From assembly GCA_017453245.1 (NCBI GenBank), contig JAFTKM010000018.1, positions 10,916 to 74,915 on the forward strand: a stretch of DNA of 64,000 bases, in the 5' to 3' direction. Below the pieces are notes generated by a model. The model ran no database searches and was not told where the DNA came from. It saw only the letters and a program-made list of their open reading frames with translations. Below are positions 19,661 to 28,448 of this stretch, in pieces. Numbering within the stretch: the stretch's first letter is position 1; every line of letters starts with the position of its first letter. This DNA comes from Clostridia bacterium (GTDB taxonomy: Bacteria; Bacillota; Clostridia; Oscillospirales; CAG-272). Both the position numbers and the translations under genes were made by a program.

Positions 19661-20563
19661 ATGAGCAAGATCAAAATTATGTGTACCTCTACGGGATGCA
19701 TCGAGTACGCGCCCGAGAGATACAGAGACCTTGGTATTGACATTATCAGAGTACATATTCTGTTTGAAGGAAAGGAATATCTTGAAGGCATAGGGCTTGA
19801 TCCCGTTGACTTCTACGAAAGACTCGAGAAGCTTGAGAATCCCAAGAGCAATCTCCCGAGAACGGCTATGCCCACGCCTGCGGAGATACGTGAGCACTAT
19901 GATAAGGCTATCGAGGAGGGCTATGACGAGGCTATCGTCTACGCTATTTCCTCGGGACTCGGCGGCACCTACAATCAGCTTTCCCTCGTTGCCAAGGACT
20001 ACGCTGACAAGATAAAGATACACGTCATCGACACAAAGATCACCAGCTTCGGCGAGGGCTTGCTTGCGATAATGGCGGCAAAAATGGTTGCTAAGGGCTA
20101 CTCGAGCGAAGAGATCCTTAAGGAAACCGCCTGGATGATGAAGAGACAGGAGTTTATGGGCGTTGACGGTAAGCTCGATTACCTTATCTACAACGGCAGA
20201 CTCAAGGGCGGCAAGGCGTTTATGGGCCAGATGCTCAAGATATGTCCCGTCGTCCACTTCAACAGAGAAGGCGAGTGCGTTGCTCTTGAGAGCGTGAGAA
20301 CCGAGAAAAAGGCTCTTATGCGCACCTGCGAGATACTCAAGGAGAAGATCGGAGACAGAAGCCCCGAGGATTATATCCTCTTCCACGTATATACAGGCCC
20401 CTCGCTTCTTGAGAAGCTTATTCCCATAGAAGAGAAGTACGGCATCAAGACCAATCACGAGCCGGTAATTATGTCTCCCGTAAGCGGCAGTCACAACGGA
20501 CCTTGGCTCGCGGGCTACGGTCTCCTCCTCTTAAGACGCGACGACGAGCCCCTGGAGGATTGA
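19661..20563 (+). CDS. fakB: DegV-family fatty-acid-binding protein (FakB)
   Basis: PRTAMP, ISSGLGGTY, VIDTK, LDYLIYNGRL, SHNGP DegV motifs. Confidence 0.85.
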   Translation: MSKIKIMCTSTGCIEYAPERYRDLGIDIIRVHILFEGKEYLEGIGLDPVDFYERLEKLENPKSNLPRTAMPTPAEIREHYDKAIEEGYDEAIVYAISSGLGGTYNQLSLVAKDYADKIKIHVIDTKITSFGEGLLAIMAAKMVAKGYSSEEILKETAWMMKRQEFMGVDGKLDYLIYNGRLKGGKAFMGQMLKICPVVHFNREGECVALESVRTEKKALMRTCEILKEKIGDRSPEDYILFHVYTGPSLLEKLIPIEEKYGIKTNHEPVIMSPVSGSHNGPWLAGYGLLLLRRDDEPLED

Positions 20564-20564
20564 T

Positions 20565-21683
20565 ATGGTAACTGTAAGACGTGTAGAGAGCAAAAAGGAT
20601 ATTAAGGAATTTATCGAATTCCCCTTAAGACTCTATAAGGGCTGTGAATATTTCGTTCCGCCTATGTACGCGGATGAGAAAAAGCTGCTCACAAGCGGTG
20701 GATGCTCGGATACCTATGAGAGCGTCTTTCTCCTTGCTGAGCGCGACGGCAAGACCGTCGGCAGAATTCAGGGAATACTCCATAAGCAGTACAACGAGCT
20801 GAAGGGCGAAAGCCGTGTCCGCTTCAACCGCTTTGACTCGATAGACGATGCCGAGGTCTCCCGCGCGCTTTTCGCCGAGGTAGAGAAGTGGGCAAGAGAG
20901 CGTGGAATGACCGAGGTGTGCGGACCTCTTGGCTTCAGCGACCTTGACAGAGAGGGACTTCTTATCGAGGGCTTTGAGGAGAATTCCACCTTTGAGGAGC
21001 AGTACAACTACGAGTATTACGGAAGGCTCGTTGAGGATGCGGGATACTCCAAGGAGGTAGATTGGCTCGAGTTTGAGCTCCGCGCCCCCGAGAAGAGAAA
21101 CGAGATGCTCTCAAGAGTTGCTAAGCGCGCCCTCGAGATGAACAAGCTTCATATAGCTCCCACCAATATGTCGAAGAAGGCGTATATCGATAAGTACGCC
21201 GATAGCTTCTTTGACTGTCTTGATGAGTGTTACAGCAAGCTTTACGGCACCGTTCCGATCTCTGACGAGCAGAGAAAAGAGCTTATAGAACAATTTCTGC
21301 TTATAATTAACATCAAATTTGCAGTTTTTATCTGTGACGAGAGCGACAGAGTAGTCGCCTTCGGTCTTTGTTTCCCGTCCATCGGTGACGCTCTCAAGAA
21401 GAGCGGCGGCAGACTCACTCTGCCTGCAATTCTCAAGCTCTTGAAGATGGCAAGGAGCCCTAAGGCTATGGACCTCGGACTCGTTGCGGTACGTCCCGAA
21501 TATCAGAATTCGGGTGTCAACGCCGTGCTCGTCGACGGTATCGTAGAGATGCTCTCAAGCGGACTTGTAGAGAAGTGTGAGACTAACCTAAACCTTGAGA
21601 CCAACACCGCCGTTATCGCGCAGTGGAAGTATATGAAGGCAAGACAGCACAAGCGCCGCCGCGCATATCTGAAGCATATATAA
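20565..21683 (+). CDS. Tandem-GNAT N-acyltransferase of the YghO / bacterial ceramide synthase (bCerS)-like family
   Basis: EFIEFP..LY...VPP, VGRI, RF..FDSIDD, KWARERGM...GPLGFSDLDREGLLIEGFE, YNYEYY...E..GY.K..DW.E, LVAVRPEYQNSG, LETN. Confidence 0.72.
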   Translation: MVTVRRVESKKDIKEFIEFPLRLYKGCEYFVPPMYADEKKLLTSGGCSDTYESVFLLAERDGKTVGRIQGILHKQYNELKGESRVRFNRFDSIDDAEVSRALFAEVEKWARERGMTEVCGPLGFSDLDREGLLIEGFEENSTFEEQYNYEYYGRLVEDAGYSKEVDWLEFELRAPEKRNEMLSRVAKRALEMNKLHIAPTNMSKKAYIDKYADSFFDCLDECYSKLYGTVPISDEQRKELIEQFLLIINIKFAVFICDESDRVVAFGLCFPSIGDALKKSGGRLTLPAILKLLKMARSPKAMDLGLVAVRPEYQNSGVNAVLVDGIVEMLSSGLVEKCETNLNLETNTAVIAQWKYMKARQHKRRRAYLKHI

Positions 21684-21706
21684 TTTCATATTAAGGAGAC
21701 AGAACA

Positions 21707-21928
21707 ATGCTTGATAAGTTAAAGGAAATACTCGCTAAGGTCCTCCCCGACCTTGATATGTCCACCGTCACCGCCGACACCCGTCTTATCGATGACCTCG
21801 GCTTTGACTCGCTCGCTCTTATGATGATGTCTATGGAGATCGAGGATGCCTTCGGCTTCCGCTTCAAGGAGTTTGTGAGGTTTGAGACCGTCGGTGACGT
21901 TTGCACATATTTGGAAAGCAGAATATAA
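21707..21928 (+). CDS. Acyl carrier protein
   Basis: 73 aa, acidic, DLGFDSL phosphopantetheine site, EIEDAFG, TVGDV. Confidence 0.88.
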   Translation: MLDKLKEILAKVLPDLDMSTVTADTRLIDDLGFDSLALMMMSMEIEDAFGFRFKEFVRFETVGDVCTYLESRI

Positions 21929-21940
21929 AGAAACTGCTAT

Positions 21941-22410
21941 GCGTGTTATCCGTAACGGAGAACACGCAATGAATTGCAACGATGTTGCATGAATTGACAC
22001 TGCGTGTCATGAATTGCGGCGAACCGCATGAATTGCCCTTGTGGGCGTGAAGTTGTTGCAATTCAATTCATGGAGGAGGCAAACGCCGACGAGAAATCAT
22101 GGCGAAGCCAATTCATGGTGCCTCAGCATCAATTCATCCATAAAACAAGCAGAGCAAGAATATAAGGGTTTTCCTTGTACTCTTGCTCTTGTTTTTTCTT
22201 CTGTCGATATGTGGGCTTTGCCCACTCGATATGCTTTCGCTACGCTCAAGCTCGATATATTGTCGCTTCGCTCCAATTCGATATGAGATAAATCCCTCGT
22301 TTGCGAAGTAAACATATCGAGCCGTAGGCATATAGAGTTGCGTCAGCAACATATCAAAAATCCCGCGAGGGATTTATCTCGATGCGTGTTCTCCGTTAAG
22401 GATAACACGC
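21941..22410. repeat. Composite palindromic element: two hairpin-ladder modules flanked by inverted 27-bp REP-like hairpins
   Basis: 21941-21967 and 22384-22410 are reverse complements (26/27); internal ATGAATT/AATTCAT and TCGATAT/ATATCGA repeats separated by short hairpins. Confidence 0.85.
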
Positions 22411-22473
22411 TAAACCGCTTCTTTCTTTTTTTAGCTACCACCGATGAATTAATAAAGTTTCATATACTCGGTA

Positions 22474-22502
22474 TTGACATATGTGTTTTCGTCTGCTATA
22501 AT
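22474..22502 (+). promoter_or_regulatory. Consensus sigma-A promoter of GntR-ABC operon 1
   Basis: TTGACA-17 bp-TATAAT with a TG extension. Confidence 0.85.
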
Positions 22503-22556
22503 GATGTTAGTACAGATAATACAGATGATACAGACGATACAGAAAGGAGTGGTTAA

Positions 22557-22913
22557 ATGGATAAGGTTTTTTCCGGCAAGCGCGACGTTTATCTTGAGAT
22601 TGCCGAGCGCTATGAGAAATACATCACACTCGGCGTTATCAAGCCGGGGGAGAAGCTCCCGTCGGTCAGGACGGCGGCGACCGAGCTTCGCGTTAATCCC
22701 AACACCGTCCAGCGCGCCTACACTCTGCTTGAGGAGCGCGGATTCATACGCTCTATGCCTAAGAAGGGCGCCTTTGCCATACTCCCGACCGATTCGGGCA
22801 AGGGAAGTGAGACTCTGAAGTCGCTTACTGATGAGCTTATAAAACTCAAGGGTATGGGCGTTTCCAAAGAAGATATTATTTTTACACTGGAGGAGGTATA
22901 TAAAGATGATTGA
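22557..22913 (+). CDS. GntR-family regulator (YtrA subfamily)
   Basis: PGEKLPSVR..A.EL.VNPNTVQRAY..LE; short C-terminus; precedes an ABC ATPase. Confidence 0.9.
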   Translation: MDKVFSGKRDVYLEIAERYEKYITLGVIKPGEKLPSVRTAATELRVNPNTVQRAYTLLEERGFIRSMPKKGAFAILPTDSGKGSETLKSLTDELIKLKGMGVSKEDIIFTLEEVYKDD

Positions 22914-23787
22914 GATAACTAATCTTTCACATTCGCTCGGCGCAAAGACCGTGCTCCGTAAGATCAATCTCGAAATACCCGACAACACCATCCTCGGTAT
23001 CGTCGGTATCAACGGCGCGGGTAAGTCAACGCTCCTTCGTCTTTTGGCGGGCGTATATCTTCCCGACTCGGGATATATCAGATATGATGACAGAAGCCCT
23101 GCCGATGCCGAGACGAGGAAGGACATCTTCTTCCTCCCCGACGATCCCTATTACACCGCGTTTATGACGCCAAACACACTTTTCGACTTCTATAAGACCT
23201 TCCATCCCGCAATTGACAGAGAATCCTACGACCGTCTGCTCGGCGCGTATAAGATAGATCCCGTCGGCAAGGTTCGTAATTTCTCAAAGGGTATGCGCCG
23301 TCAGGTATTCATAGCGCTTGCCCTCGCGGTAAAGCCCAGATACCTTCTGCTTGACGAGGCGTTTGACGGACTTGATCCCTTATCCAGAAGGATTTTCAAG
23401 GATGCGATAATCTCGCTCGTTGAGGAAGGAAAGACCACCGTCCTTATCGCCAGCCACTCTCTGCGTGAGCTTGAGGACTTCTGCGACCGCTTTATCCTCA
23501 TAGACAATAACGTAATCAAGGATCAGGGCGACATAGCAGAGCACGTAGGCAGACTCTGTAAGTTTGAGCTCGCATTCACCGAGGCGGTCAACGAGGGGCT
23601 CTTCGCAGGACTTCCCACAGCCTCGCTTATGATCAAGAACAGATTCGTACAGATAGTCCTCGAGGGCGATAGCGACGAGATGAGAGAAAGACTTGAGGCT
23701 CTTTCTCCCGCAGTTATAGACGAAATGCCGCTTGACTTTGAGGAAAGCTTCATCCACGACGTTAGAAAGGAGGGAATGATACTATGA
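22906..23787 (+). CDS. ABC transporter ATP-binding protein (YtrB-like)
   Basis: GINGAGKST, FSKGMRR, LLLDEAFDGLD, IASH. Confidence 0.9.
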   Translation: MIEITNLSHSLGAKTVLRKINLEIPDNTILGIVGINGAGKSTLLRLLAGVYLPDSGYIRYDDRSPADAETRKDIFFLPDDPYYTAFMTPNTLFDFYKTFHPAIDRESYDRLLGAYKIDPVGKVRNFSKGMRRQVFIALALAVKPRYLLLDEAFDGLDPLSRRIFKDAIISLVEEGKTTVLIASHSLRELEDFCDRFILIDNNVIKDQGDIAEHVGRLCKFELAFTEAVNEGLFAGLPTASLMIKNRFVQIVLEGDSDEMRERLEALSPAVIDEMPLDFEESFIHDVRKEGMIL

Positions 23788-24806
23788 CAAGCTTTAAGAG
23801 TTATTTCAAATCGCACCTGAAGGCAAACATCAGACCTCTTATCTATATTCTTGCCACAGTGCTTGTTCTCACGTTTCTGATCGGTGTTGAGAATCAGCCA
23901 ACGTCACGTTACGATTTTGAGCTGCAACAATACTATCAGGACTACAAATCCACGCTTAATACTCCCGTTATCTTCCTGTGCATCCTTACCTACGTTGTTC
24001 CTGTTATGGAGTTTTCCTTCTTCAAGAAGCGTATCAACCTTGACTGCGCTTACTCGATGCCCATTTCCCGAGTAGCAATGGGCACAGTGCATTATCTCAC
24101 AGGTCTGATCACGCTCTTTGGGGCATTTACCGCATCATATCTGGTTAACTTCGCATTACTCCTTAGCAGGGGGCCCGGATACTTCAACTTCAAGCCTATG
24201 GCGGAGCACTATTTACTCGCTCTTCTCCTTGGCTTTGCGATATATTCACTGATGGTATTCATATTTAATGAGGCAAACACCAAAGGCGACGGAATATGGT
24301 TTATGATCCTATATACCTTTGTCTTGATTTTGGTTATGGGAGCCATCAATCGAATAATCGGTGATTATAATATATTCAGCAGTGGGACGTCTTCTATTCC
24401 CGTGGCACTGATAATTAGTATGACATCCAACTACAAGTATCTTGTTGAGATAGATTCCGCTCAAAGAGCAACCTTCTGGAGTAGCCCCGAATACGTAAGC
24501 TGGTTTATCTTTTGGGTAGTTGCGGGTATTGCGTCTGCGGTTGGATTCTTTCTTACCTTCGGAAAAAGAAGGATGGAGAGAACCGAGGAGATCTCCGATT
24601 CCTTCTTCGGCTTCCGCACCCTTATTCCGATATACGCCTTTACCGGTATGATAACCTTCAGGGTCAGCGAAATGATCATATTCTGGGTCATTATTGAGTT
24701 GCTTGCGCTCCTCGGCTACACCATCTACCGCCGCGGCTTCCACTACAAGAAGAGTGATTTTATAATACTCGCATCGCTTATTATATTCTTGTTTATAGAG
24801 ATATAA
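23784..24806 (+). CDS. ABC transporter permease
   Basis: About 8 TM helices, SMPISR motif, overlaps the ATPase stop. Confidence 0.75.
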   Translation: MTSFKSYFKSHLKANIRPLIYILATVLVLTFLIGVENQPTSRYDFELQQYYQDYKSTLNTPVIFLCILTYVVPVMEFSFFKKRINLDCAYSMPISRVAMGTVHYLTGLITLFGAFTASYLVNFALLLSRGPGYFNFKPMAEHYLLALLLGFAIYSLMVFIFNEANTKGDGIWFMILYTFVLILVMGAINRIIGDYNIFSSGTSSIPVALIISMTSNYKYLVEIDSAQRATFWSSPEYVSWFIFWVVAGIASAVGFFLTFGKRRMERTEEISDSFFGFRTLIPIYAFTGMITFRVSEMIIFWVIIELLALLGYTIYRRGFHYKKSDFIILASLIIFLFIEI

Positions 24807-24810
24807 AAAC

Positions 24811-24841
24811 AAAAAAGCACTCCTTTTTGGAGTGCTTTTTC
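24811..24841. terminator. Bidirectional intrinsic terminator
   Basis: AAAAAAGCACTCC-TTTTT-GGAGTGCTTTT. Confidence 0.75.
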
Positions 24842-24870
24842 TTATGCGGGAATGTTATTCTGCCTCGTTT

Positions 24871-26247
24871 TTATTCCGCTTTCTTGAACTTATGAAGGAT
24901 TACGTTAACGATAATACCAAGAATAAGCGCGCAAGCGATAGAGGTGATAACAACCTTGCCGATAGCCATAGACATACCGCCGATACCACAGATAAGAATA
25001 ACCGAAACGGTGAAGAGGTTTGCGTTATCCTCAAGGTCAACCTTCTGGATCATCTTAAGACCGGAAACCGCGATGAAGCCGTAGAGGGTGATACAAACGC
25101 CGCCCATAACGCAGCCGGGAATGGAATCAAGGAAGGCTACGAAGGGAGATACGAATGCGATGAGAATGGACATAATAGCGGTTGCGGTAATGGTTGCTAC
25201 GGATGCGTTTCGGGTGATCGCTACACAGCCTACAGACTCACCGTAGGTGGTGTTGGGACAGCCGCCGAAGAATGCGCCAACCATAGAGCCTACACCGTCA
25301 CCGAGAAGGGTGTTGTCAAGACCGGGATCCTCAAGAAGGTCCTTGTCAATGATAGTGGAGAGGTTCTTGTGGTCTGCGATATGCTCCGCGAATACAACGA
25401 ATGCAACGGGAATATAAGCAACTGCAACGGTTGCAAGATAGCTCCACTCAAAGTCAGCGAAGCCCTTGAACGCCTCGACAAAGGTGAAGTCGGGGATGGA
25501 GAGGAAGGTCTTGATGGTAACGCCGTCTGCAACAAGATTCTTGAAGGGAGTGAAGTCAACGACCTTCATAGCATCAACGCCTGCGATGTAGCCGATCACA
25601 GTAAATACAAGAGCTACCGCATAGCCTGCGAGGATACCGATGATGAAGGGGATGAGCTTGGTCATCTTCTTACCGTAGGTAGAGCAGAGAACAACTACTA
25701 CGAGAGTTACGAGCGCACAGATAAGAGAGAGCCAGATGTTGGTGCTCATGATGAACGCGCCGTCGCTGTTCTGAGGACCGTAGGAGAATACGTCCTTAAC
25801 TGCCGCGCCTGCGAGCGAAAGACCGATAAGAGCAACGGTAGGACCGATAACAACGGGGGGCATAAGCTTGTTGATCCAATCAACGCCAACAAATCTGATT
25901 ACAAGCGCGATTACAACGTAAACGAGACCTGCAAGGATAGCGCCGATGATGAGTCCGAGGTAGCCAAGACTCATAGAGGTAGCGCCTGCAAAGGCTGCGC
26001 ACATAGAGCCGATGAAGGCGAAGGACGAGCCAAGGAATACAGGGCTGCGGAACTTAGTGAAGAGCTGATAAACAATTGTACCTGCGCCCGCGCCAAAGAG
26101 TGCTGCGGAAGCGGACATACCGTTGCCTACGATTGCGGGCACGGCGATGGTTGCGGCGATAATCGCCAGGAGCTGCTGAATGGCAAAGACGATAAGCTTA
26201 GAGAACTTAGGTCTGTCGTGGATGCCATAGATGAGATTGTTTTCCAT
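24871..26247 (-). CDS. uraA: Uracil-xanthine permease (NCS2; UraA/PyrP-like)
   Basis: PVFLGSSFAF, PPVVIGP, EHIADH, GDG, PNTTYGESVG signature, LYGFIA. Confidence 0.88.
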   Translation of the reverse strand: MENNLIYGIHDRPKFSKLIVFAIQQLLAIIAATIAVPAIVGNGMSASAALFGAGAGTIVYQLFTKFRSPVFLGSSFAFIGSMCAAFAGATSMSLGYLGLIIGAILAGLVYVVIALVIRFVGVDWINKLMPPVVIGPTVALIGLSLAGAAVKDVFSYGPQNSDGAFIMSTNIWLSLICALVTLVVVVLCSTYGKKMTKLIPFIIGILAGYAVALVFTVIGYIAGVDAMKVVDFTPFKNLVADGVTIKTFLSIPDFTFVEAFKGFADFEWSYLATVAVAYIPVAFVVFAEHIADHKNLSTIIDKDLLEDPGLDNTLLGDGVGSMVGAFFGGCPNTTYGESVGCVAITRNASVATITATAIMSILIAFVSPFVAFLDSIPGCVMGGVCITLYGFIAVSGLKMIQKVDLEDNANLFTVSVILICGIGGMSMAIGKVVITSIACALILGIIVNVILHKFKKAE

Positions 26248-26507
26248 TTTTTCCTCCTGTTTTTTAAACTGAATTTGGTGTTCGTTTGATTTGCCGCGGA
26301 TATTATATCACATGAGTATGTAAATGTCAATGCCAATTTTTGAGTTTTTTCGCGACTAATAAAAGACTGTTGTTTGCTATCGCCCTATTTCAAGTCCTCA
26401 TCCTTCTTGGGGAAAATAAAAAGAACAGAATGATAAACACTCTGTTCTCTTTACCTAGATGAATTTGACTTGTGTTATAAATAAGCTTGAGATTGACTTT
26501 TCGCTTT

Positions 26508-26810
26508 CTATTCCGAGATTTTTCTTCGCTTATCTGCTTTTTCAAATATTCCCGAGATTATAAAGCAACCTATCGGAGTGAGCGGTATGAAGAGCCAGAA
26601 CAGAATCTCCCAAATGTTGCTTACTTGGTACGCGACTTGAGATACCTGAGTATATTGTCCGTGGTCTCCTACAAAGTAAGTTCCTTCTTCAATATATCCG
26701 AGTGATGCAGAGCCGCCGATAATTTGAGAATACACAAAAAATCCCGCTACAATGATAATCCCTAATGCGAGCCAAACGGTGATAAGAATATCAGCTTTTG
26801 TTCTCTTCAT
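26508..26810 (-). CDS. Small hypothetical membrane protein
   Basis: Two TM helices; start moved to ATG 26810 after AGGAGG. Confidence 0.55.
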   Translation of the reverse strand: MKRTKADILITVWLALGIIIVAGFFVYSQIIGGSASLGYIEEGTYFVGDHGQYTQVSQVAYQVSNIWEILFWLFIPLTPIGCFIISGIFEKADKRRKISE

Positions 26811-26848
26811 ATCAAGCCTCCTTTTTGTGAGTAAAGTAGGATGCAAAA

Positions 26849-27130
26849 TTACTCTTCCCGTGAAAATCTGTCAAAGATTTTTTCAAGTTTTCTTTTTATA
26901 ATAGGAGTGTATTTTTTGTCCAATGCCTTGAATATCAAACGCAATACGATCTCCAATATGATGAATAGGGCAAAATATCCACCGATAGAGATTGCATAGA
27001 ATTCCCAAGAATACTTGTTAACCAAGCCGATAATTACGAACAATATAGGAAGCGCTAAAAATTCTGTTACATCCCATATTATCAATCCGATATTAAGAAC
27101 AGTTCCAACAAGGTTCAGTAGCTTTTTCAC
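26849..27130 (-). CDS. Small hypothetical membrane protein
   Basis: 93 aa hydrophobic ORF, GTG start after AAGGA. Confidence 0.55.
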   Translation of the reverse strand: MKKLLNLVGTVLNIGLIIWDVTEFLALPILFVIIGLVNKYSWEFYAISIGGYFALFIILEIVLRLIFKALDKKYTPIIKRKLEKIFDRFSREE

Positions 27131-27166
27131 TTTAGTCGTTCCTTTCAGAGTGGCGCCTCGCAGTCT

Positions 27167-27526
27167 TTACCAATCTCGCCACTGCTCGGTTATGTCGTCC
27201 GCGGGATCTGTGAGTCCGCATTCGACCGCGCTGCTTTGTATAACGTCCCAGATAGCCTCGCGCTCCTCGGTCTCTATCATACAGTAATCGGTCTTTTCGT
27301 TCAGCTCGTTCAGGGCTAAAACTACTGTCTTGACCTGTTCCATAATTTCCTCGTCGGAGGGCTCGACGAGAGCATCAAGTGCCTCGAGATACTTTACAAG
27401 TATAGCTTCGCACTCGTCGATATCATCTTTAGTAAAACCGCAGTCCTCATCGTCAAAGCTCATAAAGTCAAGCATTGATCGTACCACAGTCTCTTTGATC
27501 TGTGTCTTGAAAGCATTTATATCCAT
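27167..27526 (-). CDS. Acidic helical hypothetical protein
   Basis: GAGGAGG RBS; VLALNELNE..IETEERE..DDITEQWRDW. Confidence 0.7.
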   Translation of the reverse strand: MDINAFKTQIKETVVRSMLDFMSFDDEDCGFTKDDIDECEAILVKYLEALDALVEPSDEEIMEQVKTVVLALNELNEKTDYCMIETEEREAIWDVIQSSAVECGLTDPADDITEQWRDW

Positions 27527-27644
27527 ACGTATTCCTCCTCGGAGCTTTTTGTTTCATTATACCATATCGAAAAAGCAAAATCAACAGTATACCAAGCAAA
27601 TATCAGCGCCCAAGTAAGTTTATCAAGTTTTTTGTAAAAACATC

Positions 27645-27673
27645 TTGACAAACTCAATTTTCTTTAGTATAAT
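27645..27673 (+). promoter_or_regulatory. Consensus sigma-A promoter of tRNA-Trp
   Basis: TTGACA-17 bp-TATAAT, 12 bp before the tRNA. Confidence 0.85.
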
Positions 27674-27685
27674 AGATGGGTACAT

Positions 27686-27761
27686 AGGGGTTTAGTTCAG
27701 TCGGTAGAACATCGGTCTCCAAAACCGAGTGTCGTGGGTTCAAGTCCTCCAGCCCCTGCCA
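27686..27761 (+). tRNA. trnW: tRNA-Trp (CCA)
   Basis: 76 nt; AGGGGTT/AGCCCCT acceptor stem, TCGGT-CTCCAAA-ACCGA anticodon arm, GGTTCAAGTCC T-arm, encoded 3' CCA. Confidence 0.97.
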
Positions 27762-27922
27762 AAAATAGAAGCCAAGGCCTTGCGCCTTGGCTTCTATTTT
27801 TTCGTGGGAAGGGAGACTTGAAGTAGGAGCCGTGTAGAAAACTCTTCCGGTGGACGAGTTTTCCCGGCGAACGACCAAGGCGCGCAGTTCGCGCCGCGAG
27901 TCAAGTCCTCCAGCCCCTGCCA
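27762..27922 (+). repeat. tRNA-tail repeat unit, copy 1 (terminator hairpin, structured body, duplicate of the tRNA 3' 22 nt)
   Basis: 27901-27922 is identical to tRNA 27740-27761; the body recurs at about 29081-29302. Confidence 0.85.
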
Positions 27923-27958
27923 AAAAATTCGACAAGTTTCGACTTGTCGAATTTTTTT
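27923..27958 (+). terminator. Intrinsic terminator hairpin
   Basis: AAAAATTCGACAAG-TTTCGA-CTTGTCGAATTTTTTT. Confidence 0.7.
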
Positions 27959-27960
27959 AT

Positions 27961-28107
27961 CCATTGCGAAAGCAATGGCATATCATCACCGAAGGTGTAT
28001 ATCATCAGCCGTAGGCTGTATCCTCTTTCGCAATGATGATATACAAGGCTCACGCCTTGGTGATATACAAAACTGCGTTTTGATGATATCCACGGCTATG
28101 CCGTGAT
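27961..28107. repeat. Hairpin-ladder module C (TATCAT/ATGATA core)
   Basis: Six short perfect hairpins separated by (C/T)ATATCAT then (A/G)TGATAT cores. Confidence 0.85.
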
Positions 28108-28284
28108 AGGGATGCGTGGGTTCAAGTCTGTACAAAAACTCTCCGAAATATATTTTCGTCCGCCTTACACAAAAATAAAAGCCAAGGCCTTCTCCCTGCA
28201 TTCTTAGCGGAGAAATGACAGGTGCAAAAATTTCGGCAGAGAACTTGTTTTCTCTGCCGATTTGTGATATAATGGTATTACATC

Positions 28285-28359
28285 GTAGGGCGGGGGCTTG
28301 CTCCCGCCGCAACGAACGGTTTAGATTGAAGAAACGGCGGGAGTGAACCCCCGCCCTAC
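28285..28359. repeat. Inverted doublet of GTAG-type REP sequences (REPIN-like)
   Basis: GTAGGGCGGGGGCTTGCTCCCGCCG and its inverted copy CGGCGGGAGTGAACCCCCGCCCTAC (22/25). Confidence 0.8.
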
Positions 28360-28448
28360 AATAAAGGGGTATGGGCTTTGCCCGAAGCATTTGTAATACA
28401 AAGGCGAAACTGGCAATAAAACAATAAGAGATTAAGAAAGGTAATTGT

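Noticed and set aside
21969-22382. Repeat-spacer pattern as a CRISPR array
   Set aside because: Repeats are only 7 nt, the spacers are short self-complementary hairpins, orientation flips midway, and there are no cas genes.
22041-22556. Short ORFs across the hairpin-ladder element
   Set aside because: No RBS, overlapping on both strands, and the sequence is explained by palindromic structure.
24832-26289. 485-aa plus-strand ORF
   Set aside because: Antisense shadow of the uracil permease.
26248-26480. PyrR attenuator upstream of the uracil permease
   Set aside because: No PyrR-binding AGUCC..UGAGGC motif or leader terminator is visible.
27870-27922. Second tRNA gene
   Set aside because: Only the 3' 22 nt match; there is no D-arm or anticodon arm.
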